A DNA stretch of 64,000 nt from a virus (IMGVR_UViG_3300009031_000221:128001-192000), one strand, 5' to 3'; numbered from the stretch's first letter, positions 1-9,097 are shown. Program-made: numbers and translations. The notes: generated by a model not told the origin, from the sequence alone.

Positions 1-300
1 TGTGGAGAACAGACTTCCACCAAGCAACATGGTTGCATAACGTGCTAACTGTTGCCCGCCTGATAACCCCGTATGCATGTCCGCCACTTCATCGGATCCA
101 TACATCATCACGCCGCCATAGTTCCCGTTGGAGAACGTGACAGTTCGTTCGTCATTGACACCGGGAGACCACATGACACCCTGACCACCAGGCCAACCTT
201 GATCAATCATGTCCTGACTAGGCGTAACAGTGTAGCAATCTCCTTTGAAGAAGACGATAAGATCCCGAGTCCGTTCAATTTCTGTCATATTCATTGACAT
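1..300 (-). CDS. Third tandem paralogue of decoration-like protein (3'-truncated at window edge; missing from ORF track)
   Basis: Manual translation from ATG at 300 gives MSMNMTEIERTRDLIVFFKGDCYTVTPSQDMIDQGWPGGQGVMW...FSNGNYGGVMMYGSDE..., collinear with 302..829 and 826..1350; open to position 1. Confidence 0.85.
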   Translation of the reverse strand, partial: MSMNMTEIERTRDLIVFFKGDCYTVTPSQDMIDQGWPGGQGVMWSPGVNDERTVTFSNGNYGGVMMYGSDEVADMHTGLSGGQQLARYATMLLGGSLFST

Positions 301-301
301 G

Positions 302-829
302 TCAGATACTCGTTTGCAGGACAAGCCTGAATTCGTTCTCGGGCCTGGGGACTTGTACTACGTAGGCTACATAGAATGTGTTGTTCCCTCGAGGGTCTAG
401 AATCTTAGGCCACTCATCCTCGTTGGTGAACCATCCGCGATTGCTGAATACCAAGCGCTCCCCTACGGTGTAGACAATAGGAACATTTGGGGGTCCAATG
501 CCATGGCGACTATCCCATGTATAGCGTTCATAGGTGTCAAATGATGCTAGCCACCCCCCAGCACAGAATATGGCATAGCCGTAGACAAGTTGATTTGCGG
601 ATGCCCCAATGAGTTTGTCCGATACCTCATCGGATCCCCATAGCAGGAATCCCCCGTAAATGCCGTCTGAGAACGTCACACGGAATTCATCTAGGGGTGA
701 ATCATCCCACTTGACTCCCTGGCCTCCAGGCCACCCTGCAGCCATCATATCGGGATGAACAGCCACAGGGTACGCATCCCCTTTGAAGTGGACAGTTACA
801 TCGCGTGTTCTGAAAATCTCAGCCATCAT
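302..829 (-). CDS. Putative virion (decoration-like) protein, paralogue 2
   Basis: Shares FKGDAY, GWPGGQGVKW, CAGGWL, SRHGIGPPNVPIVY, RLVFSNRG and QTSI with 826..1350. Confidence 0.75.
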   Translation of the reverse strand: MMAEIFRTRDVTVHFKGDAYPVAVHPDMMAAGWPGGQGVKWDDSPLDEFRVTFSDGIYGGFLLWGSDEVSDKLIGASANQLVYGYAIFCAGGWLASFDTYERYTWDSRHGIGPPNVPIVYTVGERLVFSNRGWFTNEDEWPKILDPRGNNTFYVAYVVQVPRPENEFRLVLQTSI

Positions 830-1350
830 ATACTCGTTTGAATGGTCATGTAGTAATTGTTATCTACCGAAGGGACTTGAATTACAAATCCGATGAAATA
901 GCTATTTGGTGCCCGTGGGTCTCCAGATAGGGACCATTCATCCTCAGTAGTCCATAAACCGCGATTGCTAAACACTAAACGATCACTCTCCTGATAGACG
1001 ATGGGGACGTTTGGAGGTCCAATACCGTGGCGACTATTCCAGGTATACTGCTCGAATGAGGTGGTCATGATGAGCCACCCCCCAGCGCATAAAGTCGCGA
1101 ACTTGTAATAGGGCTGATTCTCTGTTACGCCTGTGAACATGTCCCCGGATTCATTTGAACCATTCAGCAGGAAACCCGCGTAGTAACCATCGGATCGGGT
1201 GACGAAGAATCCATCCTTAGGATCATCATACCACTTGACTCCTTGACCACCGGGCCAACCTTCTTCTGCCAATGAATCGGAAATCTCGCAAAAGTATGCG
1301 TCTCCCTTGAACAGGACTACAACGTCACGAAATCGAGGGGTATCAGACAT
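826..1350 (-). CDS. Putative virion (decoration-like) protein, paralogue 1
   Basis: Paralogue of 302..829; late-promoter motif upstream (1391..1406). Confidence 0.75.
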   Translation of the reverse strand: MSDTPRFRDVVVLFKGDAYFCEISDSLAEEGWPGGQGVKWYDDPKDGFFVTRSDGYYAGFLLNGSNESGDMFTGVTENQPYYKFATLCAGGWLIMTTSFEQYTWNSRHGIGPPNVPIVYQESDRLVFSNRGLWTTEDEWSLSGDPRAPNSYFIGFVIQVPSVDNNYYMTIQTSI

Positions 1351-1390
1351 GGGTGTCCCTGGATAGATACATCCTGATTAGGGTCAAGCC

Positions 1391-1406
1391 ATAATCGGAA
1401 TACCGA
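1391..1406 (-). promoter_or_regulatory. Putative late promoter TYGDTW-N6-YTAT
   Basis: TCGGTA-ttccga-TTAT on - strand; one of 7 identically spaced copies upstream of virion-region genes. Confidence 0.6.
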
Positions 1407-1427
1407 AGGACACCCATGCCCTAGAAC

Positions 1428-2648
1428 CTACTTCTTCTTCCGGATGCCGCGACCGGGCTTCTTTGCCGGGGGGGACTCAAGATGATTGTCTACCGCCTTC
1501 ATATGGCGCTTCAACTTCGCGACAACGGTATCCAGGTCATCCAGGTCAGTATCGTCCGGATGACGCCATATTGCCGAAAGATCATCGTCCAGTTTCTCTC
1601 CCTTCGCATTCGCCTTTCCGAACAACTCTTCCAACAGGGCATCCCCCGTCTTCACGTTATTACCCCAACCTTCAATGGCAGGGTTGTCAACACGGCTGAC
1701 AACGGTCTCCTCCTGAAACACATTCCCTGCCTCCGGAATGACGGACATACGAGGGTATTTGCTATTAGCAGGAGTGGTATTCGGGATCAAGCACAAGCCA
1801 TGCTTGGACTTGTCCGCAATACCGGAAGCCGGGGTCACATATGCCCATACATACTTACCGGAACGAACCAATTCCTGTGCCCCCGCCTTATCCGTTGCCG
1901 GTGCGTAATTCATGGGCCAATTGAAATCCTTGCCTTGCGCCGTGGAAAACTCGGAAGGCTGAGAAAGGTATGCGTCCCCCCTTGACATTCCATTCGGCAT
2001 ACTAGAACCGCCATTGAAAATCTTGGACACATCAGGTGCCGATTCCCACATGCCCGCAAGGGTTTCGAGTTCCAACGTACGATACTTCGCGGGCATGCTA
2101 CGCCGGTCTTTTCCGTCACTGTTGAGATCCCCAAAGGATTCCCACTTATCGTGACGCAGGGATTGCATTACAGCAAAGAACATTGCCCGTTGCGAAAGAT
2201 CCCCGTAAACCAGGATATCGTATCCAGCATCCCACAAATGCAGGTTCACTACATTCCCGTCATTCAACATGTACATGGACAGAACGGATCCCAACTCCTT
2301 GGTCTGATCCGTAATCGATTTGTCCATATCCAATGCGGCACGTAACCGATTCTTAAATGCTTCGACTTCAATTTCAATTTCAATTGGGGTGCAAACCGCT
2401 ACTTCGGATTGGGGTTCATCAACCTCAGGCGGAGAATCTTCCACAACCGGTGCTTGAACCGGGACGATTGCCGCAATCGTTTGCTTGATGACTAGTGCGT
2501 CCTCATGGAACGTATCTCTTGAGAATTGTCCGTTATTCCACCAGGCTACTTCAACTTGGTGACGACTTTGAATCAGGTCTGTTACAGTCACAACAGGAAT
2601 GGGGGTACCCGCAAGGTATACCAAATCACCAATCTTGAACTTGCTCAT
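1428..2648 (-). CDS. Hypothetical protein with N-terminal YodC/DUF2158-like SH3 module and internal copy of scaffold C-terminal peptide
   Basis: N-terminus FKIGDLVYL...VTV...VEVAWW...F; internal WESAPDVSKIFNG (2010..2048). Confidence 0.7.
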   Translation of the reverse strand: MSKFKIGDLVYLAGTPIPVVTVTDLIQSRHQVEVAWWNNGQFSRDTFHEDALVIKQTIAAIVPVQAPVVEDSPPEVDEPQSEVAVCTPIEIEIEVEAFKNRLRAALDMDKSITDQTKELGSVLSMYMLNDGNVVNLHLWDAGYDILVYGDLSQRAMFFAVMQSLRHDKWESFGDLNSDGKDRRSMPAKYRTLELETLAGMWESAPDVSKIFNGGSSMPNGMSRGDAYLSQPSEFSTAQGKDFNWPMNYAPATDKAGAQELVRSGKYVWAYVTPASGIADKSKHGLCLIPNTTPANSKYPRMSVIPEAGNVFQEETVVSRVDNPAIEGWGNNVKTGDALLEELFGKANAKGEKLDDDLSAIWRHPDDTDLDDLDTVVAKLKRHMKAVDNHLESPPAKKPGRGIRKKK

Positions 2649-2749
2649 ATTGCCTCGTGTGCGAAATACCCCGCACGTTAGGGCGATACTCTACCAAAGA
2701 ATCCATGTTCGGTAATCATTGAAATGCCAGATGCCTATTGGAGGCACGC

Positions 2750-2983
2750 ATGAAGCGATTTGTATTGATCCTGGTTACCCTAACTGGATGCTGCACAGCC
2801 AAGTTTTATGACCTGGATACGTGTGGGACACCAAACATCAGCCGGTGCGGTGTCACCGGGAACGTAGAACTATGTGGTCCAAACGGGCACTGGATGACCG
2901 TAATGAAATGCGCGGACCTCGGACCCGATTGGGCCTGCCGATATTCAGGAACACAACATGAATGCCATAGGAATGTACAATGA
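2750..2983 (+). CDS. Small Cys-rich lipoprotein
   Basis: GGAGG SD before ATG 2750; MKRFVLILVTLTG-C signal peptide/lipobox; several further Cys. Confidence 0.65.
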   Translation: MKRFVLILVTLTGCCTAKFYDLDTCGTPNISRCGVTGNVELCGPNGHWMTVMKCADLGPDWACRYSGTQHECHRNVQ

Positions 2984-3555
2984 ACATCACACCTAAACTA
3001 GTTCAAGACTTCTGGGCATTCATGCATAATAAGTACGGCACGACCGCGAAGTCCAAAGCCGATGCCGTTGAGATGAAAGTCATATCCCATATTCTAGATG
3101 TCCTCAAAGTCACGGACAAAGATGCCTTCTTGTCTCATTTCGTAACTACCATTGGCAAAACCATCTACATCCCCTTCACCGTGGGCGTGCCTAATGATAC
3201 ATGGAGCTTGGAAGGGCAAATTCATGTTTGCATGCATGAGCATCAACATGTCATCCAATCTCAAGATGTTGGGGAAACCATGTTTGCCCTCCGTTACCTG
3301 CTAGACTCAACGTGGCGAGCTACCTATGAGGGAGAAGGATACCGATGTAATATGACATTGAACTTCTGGGACACAGGGATGCCCCCGGATGTAGAACCCT
3401 ACTTGAAATCCATTACCAATTATGGGCTAGATGCAGCAAGCTTGGCCTTCTTCGAGCAATATATGAGGATGTCCGTTTCATCAATTGCCGAGGGTGCCAT
3501 CCCAGATGAAGCAACACGAGTCACGATAGCGTGGTTGAAAAGCCATCCCGCCTGA
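2980..3555 (+). CDS. Zn metallopeptidase-like protein (HExxH)
   Basis: TTIGKTIY...HEHQHVIQ...RATYEGEGY; ATGA overlap with the lipoprotein gene. Confidence 0.65.
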   Translation: MNITPKLVQDFWAFMHNKYGTTAKSKADAVEMKVISHILDVLKVTDKDAFLSHFVTTIGKTIYIPFTVGVPNDTWSLEGQIHVCMHEHQHVIQSQDVGETMFALRYLLDSTWRATYEGEGYRCNMTLNFWDTGMPPDVEPYLKSITNYGLDAASLAFFEQYMRMSVSSIAEGAIPDEATRVTIAWLKSHPA

Positions 3556-3558
3556 TAG

Positions 3559-3584
3559 ACTTACTTCCGACCCTATGAGCGTAG
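3559..3584 (+). promoter_or_regulatory. Phage-specific promoter-like motif ACTTACTTCY-N10-GCGTAG
   Basis: Same motif and spacing at 46973..46998 and 48285..48310; lies just after a stop codon. Confidence 0.65.
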
Positions 3585-3622
3585 ATATGATGTGGGCACA
3601 AACGATGCTCTAGGGACATATC

Positions 3623-3775
3623 ATGCGTATTGGTTCAAAGGCACAAGGGCAAGATCAAGCAGCCAAAGAGGCGAGCCATACACATACCTTCTCCCGGGCT
3701 ACTGCCCGCCGGTGCGAACGGGCAATCGAATCCCGTGTTCGCCAAGCCGGTCAACGACAGTGCCGCGAGGGGTAG
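3623..3775 (+). CDS. Small basic hypothetical protein (50 aa)
   Basis: MRIGSKAQGQDQAAKEASHTHTFSRATARRCERAIESRVRQAGQRQCREG fills the gap between the promoter motif and the nucleotidase. Confidence 0.4.
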   Translation: MRIGSKAQGQDQAAKEASHTHTFSRATARRCERAIESRVRQAGQRQCREG

Positions 3776-3786
3776 AAAGGAACATC

Positions 3787-4368
3787 ATGAAACCATCGGA
3801 AAGAATAGCTCTCATCGACATGGACGGCACGATTGCGGATCTCGATGGTCAGATGCAACAAGACCTGGAAAAGATGCGTTCCCCTGGGGAACCCCCTTTC
3901 GTTCCTGGCCCACAAGATGACCCGCCGCATATCGAAGCACGCAAGAATGCCATCAAACGGCAACCCGGTTGGTGGCGGCACTTGCCCACCCTCAGGGACG
4001 GATTTCGCATCGTCCATGCTCTACAGGAAGCAGGGTTCAGCCTGATGATCCTGACCAAAGGCCCTTACAAGACCACATCGGCTTGGACAGAGAAAGTGGA
4101 TTGGTGTCGAGAACACATTCCCGATGCACAAGTCACCATTGGCGAGGACAAAGGCCTTGTCTACGGGGCGGTGCTCGTCGATGATTGGCCTTTGTATATC
4201 CAAGGTTGGCTTGCACATCGTCCACGCGGGTTAGTGATCATGCCGGATCAACCGTGGAATAAAGATTTCCATCATCCTAATGTGTTTCGTTATCGAGGCC
4301 CGGAAGATGATTTGGGCATGGAACAACGAATTCAGGATCGGGTTGATTTAATGCGGATTCATTCGTAG
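3787..4368 (+). CDS. HAD-family 5'(3')-deoxyribonucleotidase (NT5C-like)
   Basis: IDMDGTIAD motif I, WTEKVDW, LVDD motif IV; start moved to ATG 3787 (AAGG upstream). Confidence 0.85.
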   Translation: MKPSERIALIDMDGTIADLDGQMQQDLEKMRSPGEPPFVPGPQDDPPHIEARKNAIKRQPGWWRHLPTLRDGFRIVHALQEAGFSLMILTKGPYKTTSAWTEKVDWCREHIPDAQVTIGEDKGLVYGAVLVDDWPLYIQGWLAHRPRGLVIMPDQPWNKDFHHPNVFRYRGPEDDLGMEQRIQDRVDLMRIHS

Positions 4369-5092
4369 ATTTTCGCCGTGCCCAAATGTTTTGCATAGAT
4401 ACCCTTCGTTTTTCCCGAGTTTCGGCACTGACGGGTCTACCCCGCACTGCATCCCCCATCTTAGCTCGACTTTCAGCACTGAAAACTTGATGTGATCGTG
4501 CCTCCCGAATTTTGGCACGAGTTTCTTGGGATGCATTAATCCCCAAATGGGATTTTGCTATCTTAGCCTTGGTTTCATCCGTGTGTTTCTTTTCCCGAAA
4601 CTTGGCTTTAGTTTCTTCCGTGTGTGTCCTGCCGGTTTGGCCCTTTGACATATTCACACGGGCTTCAGGGCTAGCTTTCGTCCCAAGTCGGGCTTCCCGA
4701 ATTCTTGCCCTGGTTTCAAGGGTCCGGATTTTGCCTTTGTTAGACGCACTGATTTTGGCACGGGTGGCATCAGAAACAATCCTGCAACCCGCCACAACAG
4801 GATCCAGGTTGTATCCCTTAGCACGTTCATCCGACATCATGTGTCGAATGTGGTGTTCTTCCCACATCGACAATTGTTCCACGGAACACAGTTGGAGGAC
4901 CCTAAATTCAAAAGCACCTTCACCGTATTTGTCCCATGACCGCTGTAGGTAGGAATTGTCATGCACCCCACGACGCAAATTCGATCGATGGTTGTACCAC
5001 CTGCCCCGAAATCCCTTTGTGGATCCTACATAGCACTTACCATTGATTGTGTTGAAAATGCCATAAACACCTGACGCATGTGCATATTCCAT
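4277..5092 (-). mobile_element. Free-standing GIY-YIG homing endonuclease with NUMOD3-like repeats
   Basis: SGVYGIFNTINGKCYVGST...RW..H..NL; repeated HTEETKAK/SAETREK DNA-binding motifs. Confidence 0.9.
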
Positions 5093-5140
5093 TGAGCACC
5101 TCCATCAGATTGCCTCTATAGGGAATCTATTTGGAAGATC

Positions 5141-5311
5141 CTCGTAGACGACTGGCCTCCGTATGTTACACGATGGTTGGAATGGCGTCCCCGTGGATTG
5201 GTCATCATGCCTGACCGCCCGTGGAATCAGGGATTCAATCACCCCAACGTATTCCGCTACACAGGCACGGAAGAAAATCACGCCGATATGCTGCTAAGGT
5301 TGCCGAATTAA
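5141..5311 (+). pseudogene. Orphaned alternative 3' end of the nucleotidase gene
   Basis: Translates LVDDWPPYVTRWLEWRPRGLVIMPDRPWNQGFNHPNVFRYTGTEENHADMLLRLPN*, homologous to 4174..4368; no start codon. Confidence 0.85.
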
Positions 5312-6318
5312 CCCGCCAACTGAACTAATGCAATGGTACCGTTGCCCCCATCACCGCCGTTATTCCCGGGCACAATACTAGTACCTGCACCCCCAAGACC
5401 GTGGGCGCCCCCAACAGCTGCCGATGCCCCCAACCATCCAGAAGAGTCATCAGTCACAACAATGACATATCCAGCGCCGCCGCCGCCGCCACCGCCGCCA
5501 CCATCACCGCCGCCAATACCTTCCCCACCGTTGCCGCCTGCGCCACCATAAGAAGTAATTTCCCCATCTCCGGCGATCCTTCGGGCGCATATAATGACAG
5601 GGCCCCCGCTACTACCGGAACCACCACCACCACCACCGGTACCAGCATTGTCAGCGCCCCCACCGCCGCCTGATCCACCAGCACCCCCATATACCAAAGT
5701 ACCGTCTAATTTCCTACCCGTATTCAGAATAGGAAATCCAACCCACAAACCTGGAATCCCTAAGAACCCTTCTGCGGCAGTTAGAGAAGTTACTGAAGAT
5801 GCCCCTATATCAGGAACAAGATTAGATCCGCCGCCAAGCCCTCCGAAATTCCCCAGGCTTGCAGTAGCCGCCGTGCCTATATCCCCTACCCCCACATTAT
5901 GATCCTTCCCATCTTTACCAACAGCGCCCCCTGCCAAAGTTCCTGCCGGAGGTGCGGCGCCTCCAATACCTGCAACACCCGCAACCGCATTTGCCCCTGC
6001 GATTCCGTCATTGTTAATGGAGCCATAATTCGTAAGCGTGCCTGTAGCAAACAACCGGAATCCAGCCATATTCAATATGGCTCCTAATTCAACAACCCCA
6101 TTGATCAAATGGATATCCCTAGTAGCGACCCATTTGACTCCGTCCCAAACAGCACCACAATTTGGTGTGTTTGCCCCCAATGCATCAAACATATTCCAAG
6201 CATCTGTGTGGTTTCCATCCCCTCCAGTCCCATAAAGAGACATCCAGGATCCCATGCCTAGCTTATCATTCGTAATTGCAGCGTTTGCAATCTGGGTAGC
6301 CTTGATTTCACCAGACAT
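5308..6318 (-). CDS. Glycine-rich virion fibre/adhesin-like protein
   Basis: Long poly-Gly tracts (GGAGGSGGGGG, GGGDGGGGGGGGGAG); lies in the structural region. Confidence 0.6.
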   Translation of the reverse strand: MSGEIKATQIANAAITNDKLGMGSWMSLYGTGGDGNHTDAWNMFDALGANTPNCGAVWDGVKWVATRDIHLINGVVELGAILNMAGFRLFATGTLTNYGSINNDGIAGANAVAGVAGIGGAAPPAGTLAGGAVGKDGKDHNVGVGDIGTAATASLGNFGGLGGGSNLVPDIGASSVTSLTAAEGFLGIPGLWVGFPILNTGRKLDGTLVYGGAGGSGGGGGADNAGTGGGGGGSGSSGGPVIICARRIAGDGEITSYGGAGGNGGEGIGGGDGGGGGGGGGAGYVIVVTDDSSGWLGASAAVGGAHGLGGAGTSIVPGNNGGDGGNGTIALVQLAG

Positions 6319-6320
6319 AT

Positions 6321-7358
6321 TTACGCCTCCATCTGGAACAATATGTAATCACCATTAGCTACTACAGCACCTGGATCGGTAAGCACGAGAGAATAGAACC
6401 CCGTGTCAATTTGCACTGCGGTCACACCCAACGTAGCAACACTCTTGAATACCCCGGATGATAAAAGCTGAACCCCATAGAACGTGGGGTTGACAATTGA
6501 CGGAAAACTCGCCACAACGACTTTCCCTGCCGCCGCTAACATCGTTATGTCATTGACTGTTACCAAGTAAGCTCCGGCAGACCTTTGCTTGACTGCGGGT
6601 AACGCTGACAACTGAGTATTCGCGGCAGATACAATAACATTGCCGCCACCAGTTACAGCGGAAGTTACGGGGTTTCCCCCTACAACAACCTTCAGCACGG
6701 CACCCATGCAGGCACCGCCCAGATCATGAACGTTGAATCCCCCAAGGGCATCCGCATTAATGGTAGCTACAGCGGCTGTAATCGAAGCTGCGGCTGTCCA
6801 GGGGGCTGGAGGTGCGCCTGACATGTCAATGTCAGTAGCAGTAAACGGCCCCACAGCCCTAAACGTATACGTGCGAGTACCCAAAGTTAGGGCATCCCCA
6901 TCTATAATGTCATTGGCCCCAAAGTAAAATGTTACAACACCCGGAATGCCGTTGGTCTTGTAAATCTTGGAAACCAACGCAGTATCTGGAATGGAACCCG
7001 CCGCCACAGAACCGTCATGCCAGAAAATACCGTTGTGAGTAGTGATACCACTCACAACAAAACCCCCTACCCCCACAACATCATCAGGCAATACCGCGAT
7101 CGTCGCCACCGGACCCGCTGAATTGTAGGATAATGCAGGCAAAGTCAAAACCCGAGGATCCGCACTACGGATTAGGATAGTGATTTCCTGGTCGACTTGA
7201 TTGACAGGACGTACCACTGTCAATATGCCATCTCCAGTCATATCCGCCACGAACCGCTGTGCGTGGGATAGATCAATGGTGAAGTCTGTAACACTTCCCA
7301 AATAAATAGTCTTGGACTCCTCAAAGGGAGTTTGAGTTACCAGCGTTGTTTCAGGCAT
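6321..7358 (-). CDS. Putative virion structural protein
   Basis: Long ORF rich in V/T/G/A, tightly packed with structural neighbours. Confidence 0.6.
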   Translation of the reverse strand: MPETTLVTQTPFEESKTIYLGSVTDFTIDLSHAQRFVADMTGDGILTVVRPVNQVDQEITILIRSADPRVLTLPALSYNSAGPVATIAVLPDDVVGVGGFVVSGITTHNGIFWHDGSVAAGSIPDTALVSKIYKTNGIPGVVTFYFGANDIIDGDALTLGTRTYTFRAVGPFTATDIDMSGAPPAPWTAAASITAAVATINADALGGFNVHDLGGACMGAVLKVVVGGNPVTSAVTGGGNVIVSAANTQLSALPAVKQRSAGAYLVTVNDITMLAAAGKVVVASFPSIVNPTFYGVQLLSSGVFKSVATLGVTAVQIDTGFYSLVLTDPGAVVANGDYILFQMEA

Positions 7359-7391
7359 TGAGGCCCCCTAACCGTTGAATCGTGTTGACAA

Positions 7392-8054
7392 TCACAGTAC
7401 TATTCCCGTATCGCTGTATACGACCAGGGCGGCACCTGTAATATCGAGATACTCGAATGTTGCGCTCTTGAAGACGGACAACTTGCCCTCTTCATTTGAT
7501 GCTTCAAACGCCATGCCGTTATACGTCCTACGTACACGTAGAGGGGTCACAAAGGCGCCCAGAGCGGCGGTCTTAATACCACCCGCCTCCATGTCCGATC
7601 CTACAGGCAATCGATACCGTTCCCCTGTTAGAATGGCCAGGAGGTCTTGTACCACTCCTGTAGAACCGCCAGTTGCGAATCCCGTGCCTGCTACGACCGC
7701 TGATAGATATGTGTCCAAGGCGAACTCAGTCATCGGATCGCCCGCCGTCAAATGTGCAGCAATGGATAGGGCTGCAGCATTTGCATTTGCATCCGACAAT
7801 GCACCTGTCCCTAATGCCAACCCACCACTAACGATGTGATCCAATAGGTATGCAGCAATGCCATAATAGTCCGAAGTGATCGTAACGCGACCGCCATTCG
7901 TGACTACTGTGTCATTGGCAGGGTGAAACGATACGTACTTGGTTTGACCAGGAGGATCAACAGCAGCATTCCGAAGTGACGTGTTTGGCCACAAGTCCAG
8001 AATCTGAAGCACACCCTCAGGAATATCAGTACGACGAAAGCAAATGTATGGCAT
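7392..8054 (-). CDS. Putative virion structural protein
   Basis: Long ORF downstream of the late motif at 8105..8120; ATG 8054 preferred. Confidence 0.6.
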   Translation of the reverse strand: MPYICFRRTDIPEGVLQILDLWPNTSLRNAAVDPPGQTKYVSFHPANDTVVTNGGRVTITSDYYGIAAYLLDHIVSGGLALGTGALSDANANAAALSIAAHLTAGDPMTEFALDTYLSAVVAGTGFATGGSTGVVQDLLAILTGERYRLPVGSDMEAGGIKTAALGAFVTPLRVRRTYNGMAFEASNEEGKLSVFKSATFEYLDITGAALVVYSDTGIVL

Positions 8055-8104
8055 GGGGAGCCCCTTCAAACGAAGCCTCAGCCTCGTGCTATTAGGAGTT
8101 CCGT

Positions 8105-8120
8105 ATAAGGAAGCTAACGA
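8105..8120 (-). promoter_or_regulatory. Putative late promoter
   Basis: TCGTTA-gcttcc-TTAT. Confidence 0.55.
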
Positions 8121-9061
8121 GCCTCTACAATTGACGGGCGCCCCACCTTCCGTTCATGCTTGATATCCAATTTGACCATCCACCGATCTATCGTAGCTTG
8201 TCCGACACCCAATCGTTCAGCCATTGTACGGATAGGCATGTTATCCGCCGCCATTTTCGCCAATACCTCAGGCGTTACTTTCTGCCGAATATCATAATGA
8301 GGCCCTTGGAACCCAAAAGGCCCAAGCTTGTATGCCATGCACTCGGGGACATGCGGCTTGATCAATTCGATGAATCTATCCGCCGTGTCCTCCCGTTCCA
8401 TATGAAACTGTCCAGTGTTCCTGACCTTCAATTGCCAACGAGGTTTCAAACCGAACTTCTCAAATATCGACCACGCTACTTCCCTACTAGCATCATCAGC
8501 CCCAAATGTAATCCCAGGCCACCACCCGGCATAACCGTCATCCAAATACCATATAGCCAATGCGAACTCGTCAACCTTGTCCACAATCTGGGGAACCAAC
8601 CGTTTCCAACCCTTGTGTTGGTCGACATAGAACATTTCTTGCCATTCATTTAGGGAATCATGAGCACAAGTGAACATGCCCACTTGAGTGAATCCGCGTT
8701 GATCTGGGACATCCACCACGGGATTCGCCCAAGGCCCCCACAAGGCAGCCTTCCATTCCAGATAGGGGCGTTGTGCCCCGCAATGTCTTTCTGAGTAATG
8801 AGTGGCATTGACTCGACGTACTAGCCTGCCGTCCCCTAACATAGAACCGACCAATAATGATTGGAGCCGCCCTTCTATCGGAGTGACCTCATTCCTTGCC
8901 CATCGGGGCAATGTTTCAATGCCATAACGCTTCCGCCATGACATCACCCGTTTGGGTGACCCCTCTAATACACGGGATGCGATTTCGGCATCCGTCAATT
9001 TGAGGTCGTGTACCAAGTGCCGAAGTTCAATTGCTGTCATGGGACATGGAATCGTTTTCAT
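8114..9061 (-). mobile_element. Free-standing LAGLIDADG homing endonuclease with flanking HTH segments
   Basis: LLVGSMLGDG and LAIWYLDDG motifs; HTH-like ends (LTDAEIA..., IRTMAERLGVGQATIDRW). Confidence 0.85.
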
Positions 9062-9068
9062 AGGAATC

Positions 9069-9097
9069 AGTGTATTCGATAATTCCCCGAAATGCAA
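9069..9097 (-). promoter_or_regulatory. Sigma70-like promoter, leaderless geometry
   Basis: TTGCAT-N17-TACACT, then 7 nt to ATG 9061. Confidence 0.55.

Noticed and set aside
73-297. Plus-strand 74-aa ORF
   Set aside because: The opposite strand encodes a clear paralogue of the two adjacent genes.
3592-3786. N-terminal extension of the nucleotidase in the ORF track
   Set aside because: The HAD motif begins right after ATG 3787; the extension looks non-coding in that frame, and another frame holds a small ORF.
5117-5135. Late-promoter copy upstream of the GIY-YIG gene
   Set aside because: CTAT and the downstream element fit, but the upstream hexamer (CAAATA) does not match TYGDTW.
4174-5140. 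Group I intron in the nucleotidase gene
   Set aside because: The upstream gene is already complete with its own 3' end, the endonuclease is antisense, and no intron core was recognised; a replacement cassette fits better.
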